Below are positions 27,282-40,249 of a DNA stretch of 64,000 nt, one piece after another; the stretch's first letter is position 1; every line of letters begins with the position of its first letter. A model generated the notes under the pieces. It had not been told where the DNA came from and searched no databases. It worked only from the letters and a program-made list of their open reading frames with translations. A program made the translations under genes and the position numbers. Source of the stretch: Camelus ferus (Eukaryota). Where the stretch lies: positions 26,724,001 to 26,788,000 of the forward strand of contig NC_045697.1 in the NCBI RefSeq assembly GCF_009834535.1. Direction: 5' to 3'.

Positions 27282-30200
27282 ACACAGGCAGTGTCAGTCT
27301 AAAGCCCAAACTCATAAACACTAACCCAATTTTGGCATATAAAAAGTACAAAAGAAGTATCTTCTGATTGACTGAATGAAGTCATATTTCTTACAAGCTA
27401 TTCACCATCCTGATTTACAGACCCTAACAATCCTGTAGTAGTTTCCAGTCACTGCATTTGTGATAAAATTAAATCTGTAAGTTTTTTCTCACAAATTATT
27501 GCCAAACCAGGTTCCACTCTTCTGTACTCATCTAATTAAAGATTTAATCTCTGAGAACAACGTTATGGTTACAAAAGCTACACTTCATGGCCTTACTTTT
27601 GCCCTGCTGCCAAATTACCAAATTCACTTTGAATCCTCACGATTGTCAGCATTAAAGGGGGGACCCAGTATGTGTGCCCTTATTTACTCTTCCTTGTACT
27701 GATTCGACAGAAAAATTAGATCAAAAACTAATGCAAATGATAAATTGGAATAGCACTTTTTTTATTTATAGATAAACATTGTAAAGTTAGCTTAAGAATA
27801 AAGCAATGATGTCATCCTGATACTGAACCCCAGAAGGACACAGAGTTTGCCACCCCATCCTACACAGCACTAGACAACCAGGAGCCTCCCTGCAAAGGCA
27901 TCTGCCCCTATAAAGCTTCCAGCACAGAGAACAGCGGTGAATGCATTTATCTAAAGGTATCTGAATTGCTAGAGCAAGAAGGAGGAAGAGCTAGGTCTAC
28001 CCCCACCCAGATCCTTTCCCAAACTCAGCAATTTTCACAGAGAAGAAAAAGGGGCAAACAAAAAAAAAGGAGAAAGGATGGACTGTATATAAATTTTGAT
28101 GTTCTTCTACAGAGAAGACATGTAAATGTAAAAATGGATAATATTTGTCTATAAATACAAAAACAATGATATCTGATTAGTTTACCTTACAGGATTGCTG
28201 TGATAATTGAGACAATTAAAGTAAAAATCACTTGAAAAAGATAGAACACTATTAACTTATAAAATAGATTGATTTTTATTTATACCCAGGCAATCCTGAG
28301 TTTCAGTCCTGCTTCTGCCAGCAAATAACTGCAAACTTGGGCCAGTTGCTTAACTTCTCAAGTTACTCATCTATAAAATAATATTTACCTCAGAGTGTTT
28401 ATGAGCCTTGTAAAAATAGTGTATGTAAAATTGAATACACAGTGCTTATGATATGGGAAGCTCAGAAGATTTGTAGTAGTAGCAATAGTAGTAATACTAG
28501 TAATAGTAGTTACTATTTACTATTAGGAACAGATATTCGGCACATCCACAGTAAATCTTTCAAAGACCTGTAGAAACACTAGCAAAGGTATCATGCTCTT
28601 CCATAACCTGCTATTTTCACTCAATACATAAAGTTAAAGATCTATATTATTTTTAACTGCTGCCTAATATTCCAATTGAGTGATACTATCACAACTTATT
28701 TAGTATAAATCCTCTAGGGAGCCTCATTTAAATGCATATAAACAAGAAGTCATGAACCAACGTGAATACCCGTCTTTGCTCACCTTTCCAATTATTTCCT
28801 TTTAATAAATACCTAGAAAAACACCCATTTTTAAAGAGGTATCAGAATCAGGCTTATTAGTCTGACATTTTTGATACCTCCCATGATTACACATAATGCT
28901 AAAAATATCCTGTATTTTTCAAAGCCTATCTTGGGTCTCTCTCTTTCCATGAAACCTTTTTGACTGTGAGACCCACTCCATTCCCTGAATAGAGAGGTGT
29001 TGTTTTTCATTATAAATTCTCATTTATTGTTCTGTTTCTCACGTACTAACAGGTTTAACTCTTCATCTATTTAAAAACTCCTATAAATTACAAATATAAA
29101 TATATCTTTCCATGATGTGATTCAAATACATTAAGGCTATTAGACCAACATAAGGGCTAATTAAGAAGCAAACAAAAATTAGTCTAAAATCATTTTCCCA
29201 AACTGGTACCATTTGCTTCTCTGCCCTTTTACTTTGCTCATTAAGCATTCCCTGGCAAAGAAAAGATACAGAAATTTTAAAACCTCTAAGACAAGAGGTT
29301 ATTTTAAAGGTTAATCAATGAATAACAGGCTGAAGTGCATTTTCTACAAGTTTATGCACAGCTCTTTGGGAGAAATCTGTAACACACCCACAGTGAATTT
29401 AAAGACCCAATCACCCATGCATTCCTGTAGGGGCTGCCAGCAATTGTTGGCCAGATGGGCTTCCAGGTAAATGTGCTTACTGCAGACTTGTGGGATTCTG
29501 ATAGCAGTGTCCCTGCATGTCAGAGGAGTGCATTTAATTCAGTCGGCACATCTCTAAATACACTTAATTTTCTTCCATGTGGACAATTTTAAACATTATT
29601 TGGGAGCATAGGTTCTGAAATTTTACTAAAATTCAAGACTCTGGGAATGATGATCCAAACTGACTCTGTGCTCCCAGCTGATCCAGAGTTGCAATTAATT
29701 TACATGTGGAATCAGCTATACAGGTTAAAATATTATGTCATAAAGTTTCAAACATAAAATTTTAAAATAATCTTGCTGAAAGTAATCCCACGATGAAGAG
29801 AAATTTAAAAATTCAGACATTTTGCCTAAACTACATTATTCAATATTTTAAGAGTTTTATGCACAGGTCCTTCATTTATATAGAAAATGCAGGAATCTAA
29901 ATTATATATTTCCTTGGACCTATCTTTCAAATTAAGACGACTGCGAGATGCTTTTATTTTTGTCTATAGTATAGTTTAAATAAGGTCTGTGGGCTTTTCA
30001 GTGGTTCAAGTACCCTAGCTGATTGCTTCTACATCCAGGAAATAGTGTATTTAAAGTTGGTTCTTCTGTGAAGACAACTGCTGATAAGCAAAGCTGTTTC
30101 CTTGGAAACGTCTAGGCAGCATCTGACAGCTTGCTGAACATCTGAAATTCACAATTGATCTTGGTAGCCTGTACCTAGGCAAGCTGACTTAAGAGGTGGG

Positions 30201-30792
30201 AGTGGTAAGCTAGGCTGAGGAGTCAAATCTGAACATTATTTGGACAGCAAATTTCTCACTGTCGATCTTCTTCAAAGACTCTTTGCTATCTCATTTTATT
30301 ATCTTGGAATTCATTCAGTGAATGAAACATTACATTAAAATTCAGTATGTAACAAAATTTTAACTTGGGAAATGATGTTTTCTGGCTTACACTTTTAAAA
30401 TATGAGTTGATAGCCTATTGAGGACCTAGTCTCTTATGTGGAGGCCAGTCAGAGTCCAATCAGGACAGACTTTGGGCATCACTGAAATGGACAACATTTA
30501 CCACTGTCACTCATCTATGCTGTTTGAGAATAAAAATTGAGAAATTATTGGAGCAGCAAAAAGACTCATAACTAACCCCAAAGCAAGTATTATGCTATGC
30601 ATCACTGTAGTGCTGCTATAAATAAACAAAAATGTATACTAAAACATGTTTATCATATGTTCTCACTTACTTAACACTGACCATCTGTGTCACCAAATGG
30701 CAAATCATGTGAAGAAATTTAACATTAGGTAGTTGGGTTTGGGCAACAGGGAGATGCAAGGCTAAGTGATGACCTTACCCTATGTTCTAGCT

Positions 30793-30980
30793 AAATGGTC
30801 CTCTAAGTATTGTCCCTGGACCAGCTGCATCAGCACCACCTGAGTGCTTCTTAGAGATGAGAATTTTAAGGCCCCGACCAAAACCTACTAAATCAGAAAC
30901 TGCGCGATAGTGTCTAGCCATTTGTGTTCTAACAAGCCCTCTAGGGAATTCTGACGTAGACCCAATTTTGAGAATCACTG
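30793..30980. mobile_element. MER5A-like DNA transposon
   Basis: tgtccctggaccagctgcatcagcaccacctg...cctactaaatcagaaact...aacaagccctctagg...tttgagaatcactg. ttctagc lies on both flanks (degenerate hAT TSD). Confidence 0.85.
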
Positions 30981-32330
30981 CTTCTAGCATATACATTGTG
31001 GGGTGGTTACACATGAAAATGGTCCTCAAATGTTGCTGGGATGGCTACCTACATATTACTGAACATGCTAATGACAGTAAATAATATGAAGGTGCCAGAC
31101 CTGCCTTGGAAGCTTATTGAAAATTGGGACAGTAGGCTCAGAGCAGTGGGCAAACAAGAGAGTATTATTATGTGAGACCAGAGAAACTACCAACTGTATG
31201 ATCCAAAGGGAGGAAGGAAAAGTAACAGTTACTTCACTAAATCAATAGGAAATGCATTAATGAGGGGAACACTGGCATTGCTGAGAATCTCAGTATTGTC
31301 TGTTCTCTGCAGCCAAGGTCAATGGTACAATATGTTGCTATGGAACTGAGCTCCCTACTGTCAATGAAACAATGCAGATGATGGCATTCTGAAACATCAG
31401 AGGCCAAATATTGCACTTACTCATCAGAGGCAAGATGGATATAATTACTATGACAGGACAAAGGTAGGCTGGCAACAAGGGACTAAGAGAGCATTGGACT
31501 CCTAAGGGTAAGATAAGTTGAGCAGTCAATGAGGACATAGCCTGACTTACATAAACAAAAATGATCATGAGCTGATAAGCAGCTGCTGCATTTGAAAATC
31601 ATGATCCTTCTTCCACTTTCCAGACCTGAGCCAGTTTTCAGTTCCAGAGCCCATAAATTGAAGGGGAATCCAGAATCCCTTAAAGAAGGATCCTGAAACA
31701 CCACAGAACATATTCATATTTGACAGTCCCAAAATCTATCCCTAAAGCAATACAGAGCTGTTTACTAGATGAACCCAACTGGAGAGAAAAAAGTAGCCAG
31801 TTCTTTTGAGGACTGCTGGGTACAGGATCTGAGCAGTGACACCAAGAAAACTAAGATGTCATCATCATCTATCTGTTCAAATGGAGACATGCAGGCTACA
31901 AATGGAGTCTTAGCCCATGTCCCCATCACTGTAGGTCTAATTGTTCCAGAGATTTATCGTGTTGTCATTTCCCTAGTCCCTGAGTACATAACTAGGATAG
32001 ATATTCAAAGCTGCTGTACAAGTCTCCCAATAGATCTCTAATCTTCAGAGTAAGACTCATCATGATAGCAAAGGCCAAACCCTTACAACAGTCCCCCTTC
32101 CTCAGCCAAGATAGTAAATCAAAAGCAATACCAAATGTCTGGTGGAGTATCACAGATTAGTACCATGCTCAAAAATCTAAAGGATGCATAGTATAATCCC
32201 TGCATAATAAACTCAGGAGATCATGGCAGGCCATTAGAGGCCACCATAAACTTAACCAAGTGGTAGTTCTAATTGCAGCTGCTGTGCAAGATGTGATGTC
32301 TTCACTAGAACAGATCAACATGGCCTTTGG

Positions 32331-33983
32331 TTTATTTTCTTCTTATTGAGTCGTATGAGCTGCTTATATATTCTGGAGATCAAGCCTTTGTCGGTTTCAT
32401 TTGCAAAAATTTTTTCCCATTCCGTAGGTTGTCTTTTTGTTTTACTTATGGTTTCCTTTGCTGTGCAGAAGCTTGTAAGTTTCATTAGGTCCCATTTGTT
32501 TGTTCTTGCTTTTATTTCTTCTAGGAGAAAATTCTTGAGGTGTATGTCAGATAATGTTTTGCCTATATTTTCCTCTAGGAGGTTTATTGTATCTTGTCTT
32601 ATGTTTAAGTCTTTGATCCATTTTGAGTTGATTTTTGTGTATGGTGTAAGGAAGTGTTCTAGCTTCATTGTTTTACATGCTGCTGTCCAGTTTTCCCAAC
32701 ACCATTTGCTGAAAAGACTGTCTTTATTCCATTGTATATTCTTGCCTCCTTTGTCGAAGATTAGCTGACCAAAAGTTTGTGGGTTCATTTCTGGGCTCTC
32801 TATTCTGTTCCATTGGTCTATGTCTGTTTTTGTACCAATACCATGCTGTCTTGATGACTGTAGCTCTATAGTATTGTCTGAAGTCTGGGAGAGTTATTCC
32901 TCCAGCTTCTTTCTTTCTCTTCAGTAATGCTTTGGCAATTCTAGGTCTTTGATGGTTCCATATAAATTTTATTATGATAAACAACTCAATCCAAAAATGG
33001 GCAGAAGACCTAAACAAGCAATTCTCCAAGGAAGACATACAAATGATCAAAAGGCACATGAAAAAAAAATGCTCAATATCACTAATTATCAGAGAAATGC
33101 AAATCAAAAGTACAATGAAGTATCACCTCACACCAGTCAGAATGGCCATCATTCAAAAGTCCACAAATGACAAATGCTGGAGAGGCTGTGGAGAAAAGGG
33201 AACCCTCCTACACTGCTGGTGGGTATGCAGTTTGGTACAGCCACTGTGGAAAACAGTATGGAGATTCCTCAAAAGACTAGGAATAGACTTGCCATATGAC
33301 CCAGGAATCCCACTCCTGGGCTTATATCCAGAAGGAACCCTACTTCAGGATGACACTTGCACCCCAATGTTCATAGCAGCGTTATTTACAATAGCCAAGA
33401 CATGGAAACAGCCTAAATGTCCATCAACAGATGACTTGATAAAGAAGATGTGGTATATTTATACAATGGAATACTACTCAGCCATAAAAACCGACAACAT
33501 AATGCCATTTGCAGCAACATGGATGCTCCTGGAGAATGTCATTCTAAGTGAAGTAAGCCAGAAAGAGAAAGAAAAGTACCATATGAGATCACTCATATGT
33601 GGAATCTAAAAAAAACAAAACAAACAAACAAACAAACAAAAGAAACAAAGCATGAATACAGAACAGAAATAGACTCATAGACATAGAATAAAGACTTGTG
33701 GTTGCCAAGGGGGTGGGAGTGGGAAGAGATAAACTGGGATTTCAAAATTGTAGAATAGATAAACAAGATTATACTGTATAGCACAGGGAAATACATACAA
33801 GATCTTATGGTAGCTCACAGAGAAAGGAATGTGACAATGAATATATATATGTTCATGTATAATTGAAAAATTGTGCTCTACACTGGAATTTGACACAACA
33901 TTGTAAATTGACTATAACTCAATAAAAAATGTTAAAAAAGTGACAATAAAAGATTTTAAAGGCAAAAAACAAACAAACAAAAA
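32331..33983 (+). mobile_element. Young 5'-inverted L1 insertion (inverted part 32331-~32977, sense part ~32977-33929, plus tail)
   Basis: Perfect 14-bp TSD aacatggcctttgg (32317-32330 and 33984-33997). Minus-strand ORF2 peptide followed by plus-strand ORF2 C-terminus. Confidence 0.97.
32977..33609 (+). pseudogene. L1 ORF2 C-terminal remnant, open to the natural stop
   Basis: About 210 uninterrupted codons including the CX3CX7HX4C motif [18 protein letters not shown]. No promoter, EN or RT. Confidence 0.95.
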
Positions 33984-34253
33984 AACATGGCCTTTGGCGC
34001 TGATATGTTCCAATTGATCTGGTAAATGCATCATTTTCGATACCATCAGGAGGAAGGTTTAAAAACTTCTCAACATAGATCCACAGAAGTTCACATTCAT
34101 TCTCTTGCCTCAACTATGTCCCTACCTCACTGTCAAAATATAGTCTTAAAAGAATTCCATCATCTCAGCCCTGGGAAAGACATCACACTAGTCTACCATA
34201 ATGTATCAGATTATATTTTGGTTGACTGAAAAACATATTTAAAACATAATTGG

Positions 34254-34889
34254 AATGGGATCCAATTCCACTCCTGGGCATATATCCAGAGAAAACTGTA
34301 ATTCAAAATGACACATGCACCCCAATGTTCATAGCAGTGCTATTTATAATTGCTAAGACATGGAAACAACCTAAATGTTCATCAACAGATGACTGAATAA
34401 AGAAGGTGTGATATATATATACAATGGAATACTACTCATCCATAAAAAGGAATGAAATAATGCCATTTGCAGCAACATTGATGAACCTGGAGATTGTCAT
34501 TCTAAGAAGTAAGGCAGAAAGAGAAAGAAAAATACCATATGATATCTCTTATATGTGGAATCTAAAAAAATGATACAAATCCTATTTACAAACCAAAAAT
34601 AGACTCAGAACATAGAAAAAAAAAACTATGGCTACTAAAAGGAAAAGGGCATGGAGGGATAAATTAAGGGTTGAGGATGAACAGACACACTATTATATAT
34701 GAAATAGATAAACAACAAGGACCTACTGTATAGCACAGGGAACTATATTCAATTTCTTATAATAACATATAATGGAAAAGAATCTGAAAAGAAAAAATAT
34801 ATATTTATGTATGTATGTGTATAACTGACTTTACTGTACACCTGAAACTAATATTATAAATTAACAACACTTTAAAAATTTTTTTTAAA
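34254..34889 (+). mobile_element. 5'-truncated L1
   Basis: ORF2 end plus 3' UTR similar to 13800-14400. TSD aaaacataattgg (34241-34253) / aaaacatacttgg (34890-34902), 12/13. Confidence 0.92.
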
Positions 34890-34974
34890 AAAACATACTT
34901 GGGCCTAACATCTTGGACAATAACAAACTGACTCAACAGCCATAAATGGGTGAGGATATTCCAAAGAGGCATCT

Positions 34975-35315
34975 GTGATAGACTCCTCAGTATTGGCTGC
35001 CCTTCCCTGTTGAGAGGACTCTCACTCTAGTGACCTTAGATGAGAACGTTTGAGCTACAACTTTTCCACTAGAAACTTCAAGAGCCAGTCTGGGCTCCTC
35101 TATGTGCTCTTCCTTCCCTCTACTGCCTTGCCACAATTGGCATTGTTCCACATAGAGGATGATCCATCATCCTGGGTCCCAGACTGAAGGTGATACAGAG
35201 CAGAGTCATGATGGACATTGTCCACCACGGACATTGTTGCTGCAAGCTAGAGATATTTTTTGGTATCATCTGTTACCCTCATAACCAATAGTTTCTTCTG
35301 GCCAAACCAATATCC
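34975..35315 (+). mobile_element. MaLR LTR (MLT1J/K-like)
   Basis: tcaagagccagt...ggcattgttcca...tccatcatcctgggtcccagactga...tgatggacat motifs. Confidence 0.6.
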
Positions 35316-38300
35316 TTCTGTGATGAAGTTAACAAAGACCAACCCTGCACCCAACAGGAATGAAATGAGATGCCTATAGGAAGAATTCCCAACAGTAACC
35401 ATCATATAATGTGATTAGTCCTAATAAAACTAAGGACTTCCCTATATGCCAGCTAAAGAAATGATCAATATAAAGTGAATTATAACATGCCATGAGAGTG
35501 TTGAAATGATAGATGATGTTGCAAAGTCACTACAAACAAAAAAGAGCAGCATTCCTAGAAACCAATGAAAGAAAGCTGAGTAAAGATACTGTTAGTTTCT
35601 CCAAAAACATGGCTTGGGAAGAAGCCACTCTTTTCAGTTGACAAAGAACATATACCAATGCCTTAGAAATTTTCCCATTTTATAGGAAACTGTGATTCAC
35701 TAGGATCCTGTACTCTGTTGAAAGCAATTCTTAAAACCATCTTACTCTGTTTTCTCTCATTATATATTTCCGGTATCACTATCGAAGTTAATATCTATGT
35801 TTCCTGTTGATTTTAGAGACAGAATAAATTGATGAGCTGACAAGAACATTCTGATCACTTGGCAGTCACATAGTATCACTAATTAATGATTAGCTTTCTG
35901 ATCATAATGGAGACAAAGCCTCTTTAAAAATAGAAAACACTTTACATTTTTGCCTTCTATTTTTTCATTATCTTCAGCCTTGGCAATTTCATTGCAAACA
36001 ACTTATCATAGAAGGAAAACACTCAAATTTGTGTCTCAAAACTGGCAAATGTTTTATACTTCAGTCCTGGTTGATGTATTGTCAACACCCCAAATGCATA
36101 TAAGCAAAATCCACATGTGGTAAATAGAATCCTTTATCTCCCCACCCAAAACCAATCCTACTCCTCTTTCTTTTTCTATTATTGGTACCTACCAGATAAT
36201 CCTCCTCTCTTGCCCCTGTTTCCTCTTATCCAAAATAATAATTACCTCTTTTCCCACCCCCACTGCCCACTTTTGTCCTCCCTAGATTTTCACTGCTAAA
36301 TCCACAGATGTCCTCACAAATTCTATAGCCAGTCTCAACACAGTTCAGAAGAATGTTTTTTAAAAATCCTTAGCTATTTCTCTTTATATAATACATTGGG
36401 TCTTAAAATTAATTCTCTTTATATAACCAGATCTTGTACGTGACATAATTGATGTATGTTTAGATTTCTTCCTTGTCAACCAGTACCTTGAAAGCCTAGG
36501 GGATCAGCTAAATGTCTGCATAATAAGATAGATTCCAGATTCCATGTCTATTTAACTTATATAATTAAAATATATCTTCTCCTGTTTTTTGAACAGTAAC
36601 ATTAAGAAACATTTCTTGAACCATAATAGTGTACAAAAATTTTTCAACAATGTGCCTTTTATCCTCCATTAGTCTGTGAGTTCCTTGAATGTAAGAGCCA
36701 ACTTGCACTCATTTCCCCTCCCTCCACAGCTTATAACACAGTGCATGGCACTCATTAAATATGTGTAAATAAATGAGTAAAATGAATAACTTGTATTTAG
36801 TGCTTTGCTGTTTCTCTGAAGATTCACATTCAATCCCACGTGATCCTTATACACCCATATATGGGCAGATCAGTTGTCATAACATCTGTTAACACTTATT
36901 GAGCCCTGTTGTAAGCCCTCACATAAATAAATTTAAATTATCCCCGTTTTACAACCAGGAACTTAGGTACAGAAAGGTTGAATAACTTACAAAAATCACA
37001 CAGCTATTAAGAAGTGAATTGAGATTTGAATATTGACAGACTGAATCCTGAGCTTTAGCTGTGGACCAATATCCTCTACTGATCATTATTCAAAAATAAA
37101 ACAAACAAAATATTCCATTTTATAGGAAACTGAGATCAGTTTGCAAGTATTCTAACTCAAGATCTTGAGTCATCTCTATTGTCTTGTTGTTTCCCATAGA
37201 TATTTAGTGTATCAAAGAGTGAATAAAGATGAGACCCACAAAGACAAACATTTTGTCTGGTGTGTCCATTGCTATATCCCACCACCTAAACCAGTGCACT
37301 TTATAATCATTTGTCAATAATTTGAATAAATGGTCATTTGATTGGGAATGACATTAGTAAATATCTCTTTGGTCATATCAACTCTGGATAAATTGGTCAA
37401 GTTTCTAGATCTTTTAAGGCAAGATTATTCTCTCAAAACTCGCAAAATTACAGCAACCCAGGATACTTGGAACAAACAGTCTGCCAGTCCCTCAACTAAT
37501 TCACTTCAGTTTTATAGGGAGAGGGTGAGCATTCAACCACAAAATCGTCATCTTGCTGTAATTTTGATAAACATTATAAAAAGAAAAAAATTACATGCAC
37601 ATATATTACAAAGTGGGAAATGAAGTATTTACCTGGAAATTTAGAGGAAATGAAAAATCATTTGCCTCAAATACAGGGGCTTCCTAGGTAAATGTCCTCT
37701 CATTATCTTTTGAAATGATCTGATTAGTTGAGCATCCCTTCGTTATGTATATAGAAGAGCCCAGGCTGGAGTTTTGCTCCCTCTCAAGGTCCCTTCTCTG
37801 TGCCACTCCCTCCCATGCAAGTACTAATAGCTATTTGACTTCAAGTCACTTCATTGTCTCTGCAGATTCTACAGTTGATCTTCTCTCATTGTTCCTGTGG
37901 AAGGAATCTGACCTCTACCCCAGTGTCTGCAGAATATTGTGGTCTCCCTCTATACCCTGTTTCTGCTCTTTGAGCCCTACAGTAGCAGAATGTGATTCTT
38001 ATGCAGCTCTACAACACACCTAATCAAATAAGGGGATCTGCTTTACAGCACAAACGATAGATGTATGAAATAACCTCACCCTTTAGGAAATTGCCGTTTA
38101 TACAACACTCCCCAGCTTCTTCATCAAAATAGCATTCTTCACCGAGCAGCTTATTGAGGGAGAATGGCCACAGTGCTTTGTATCGATAAACTTACTGCAG
38201 CTTCTTATGGTCTCTCCTCCCTAAAGCAGACTCTTTAAATGTCTGTGCCAACCAATTGCCAGGCTGTCAGCAGGTTGCCAGGCTAAGATGAGTTTTGTAG

Positions 38301-40249
38301 GCTTATTCAACAGCCTCCAACTCTTTTCCTCATAATCTAGCCCTATCTCAAAATCCTTTTAGCTAATAAACAATAATACCTAGGTTTTTCCAAAAGCGTT
38401 CTATTTTAGTTATTTTTAAGTTATAGAACTTTATGGAAATATGCAAGTACAAAACTTTTTAAAATCATAGCCAATTATATGTATATAATTTCCCAGCAAT
38501 GCATGTCCTTTACAGGCAAGTAATAAATATCTGTCAGAATATTTTTGTCTTTGTTTGTTCCCATTCTTAGAGGGAAGAAAAAACTACATTGATGCCCTTT
38601 ACTCTCCCTAAGGGAAATGTGATGCCCAAGTAAGGAAAAAAATTTCTGCAAAAATAGATCTGTATCAGAAGTTCAGCTATAATTTAAGGTTCACCAAAGA
38701 ACTCACATTGTTTTTTAAACCTTATTGATAAAAGTGGGGAATAAATCTAACAAAGCAGCTCCCACATGCTTTTAAACCTTAAGACTTGTTTTGTTCAACT
38801 TAATCATTGTTGGTTTTCTTTTCTAAGGGACATTGGCTATTTCCAAATTATATTCAAACATCTAGAGGAAATAGAATGTAAAGGTCTTGGATACTTTTCT
38901 TCTTCCACTTCTCAAAGTTTTCCCACAAGTGATATAACAAGGGGGGTCTAAATATTTTCAAAAGCATGACATCACCATAAGAAACAGAACTCCTTCACCA
39001 ATTATGAAGGCCCAGCTTTGTGCCAGACGCTGGGTTGAGCTCTGGGGACGTAAACTGAGTATGACCACTCTGCTCATGTCTGGTGAAAAAGATATTAACT
39101 CAGCTCTGATACAACATGAGACATATGCCAGCATTATTTCCAAAGTCCTGTAGGAGCAGAGAATGAGAAGCTCTTGCTCTTCTTATAGGGTTGAGAGGCA
39201 AAGAAGCAGTGAAGCTTTTTTCCTGGGAGAATGAGTATAATTTTTTCCAAGCAGTGGGACAGCCCTTCTTAAACCCAAATCCAAAAGATAAGGAAGTTAA
39301 GAAGACATGAATGAAGGGAAAGAGGAATGGGGAAAGGGAGGGAAAAGAAAAAAAGAAAGAATTTTTTTTTTATCTAAGTCGCCTACTCATTGAAGGCTAA
39401 TTTTCCCATAATAAAATCACATGACTGAAATTTGGGAAATAGTCCGTCAAACTGGTCATTTGGCATCACCTAATCAACAGAAACTGATGCTGAAGAAAAA
39501 AAAATACTTTAAACAAAGTCTTTTTTATTTCAACTGAATGCAGTCAACCTGAAGTTTGATATATTTTTTGATAAAACTTCCTTTTCAGAGTAATCTGACA
39601 AGATATTGCAATAATGTCACAAGATTAGTGGTCCCAGCAAAACATGATGATGGCTGGAGGTGCTCTCCCCACCCCAGAGGCTCTGCCTCTGATGATTCTC
39701 TGATGAGTCCTCTGACTCATATCATCAAAATAATTCAAGCTTTGATATTAATGTGTAACCTCAAAAATACCTTGAAGACTCATAACTCAGACTACTCTAT
39801 GATTCTGATCATTATGGCAATCAGAATCAACCTTAAATGACCAGCATAGCACAGCATTTCAAAACTTTGATATCTACACGGCTGAAGAGAGGAATGTCGA
39901 AAGATAAAATCAAAAAAGGGTTGAACCAGTTTGACTTTTCACCATCCCTGATTATGCCTCTGCCTCAGTTACTTCTGACATCAGTGAGTAGAAGAATAGA
40001 AAAATCAGTCAGATAATGACCTACTTAACATTCCCGCCTGGATGAGGTTGAATGGGAAGGTTGTCCACTAACTTTCTGGGGTTGTCACTTGAGTAAACAG
40101 AAACAAGGGCCCTCACAGAAGCTACTGCACATTAATTATTTACATTAAAAAAAGTTGATATTGGGAAAATAATATATGATCATTGAAGAAATTTTGGAAA
40201 ATATATTAAAGGAAACAAAACACAAATATCCAGAGATACTAGAAGAAAC

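Larger units (their letters stand above)
31050..34228 (+). mobile_element. Decayed ERVL internal region (gag-pro-RT), split by a young L1
   Basis: gag-like FTKSIGNALMRG, protease-like NGVLAHVPITVG/VVISLVPEYITRIDI, and [26 protein letters not shown] continuing after the L1 as IDLVNASFSIP. Confidence 0.85.

Noticed and set aside
32315..33609. Novel divergent or overlapping gene pair (157 aa and 211 aa ORFs)
   Set aside because: Both are L1 ORF2 pieces from one inverted insertion. The inverted part also has a frameshift near 32820.
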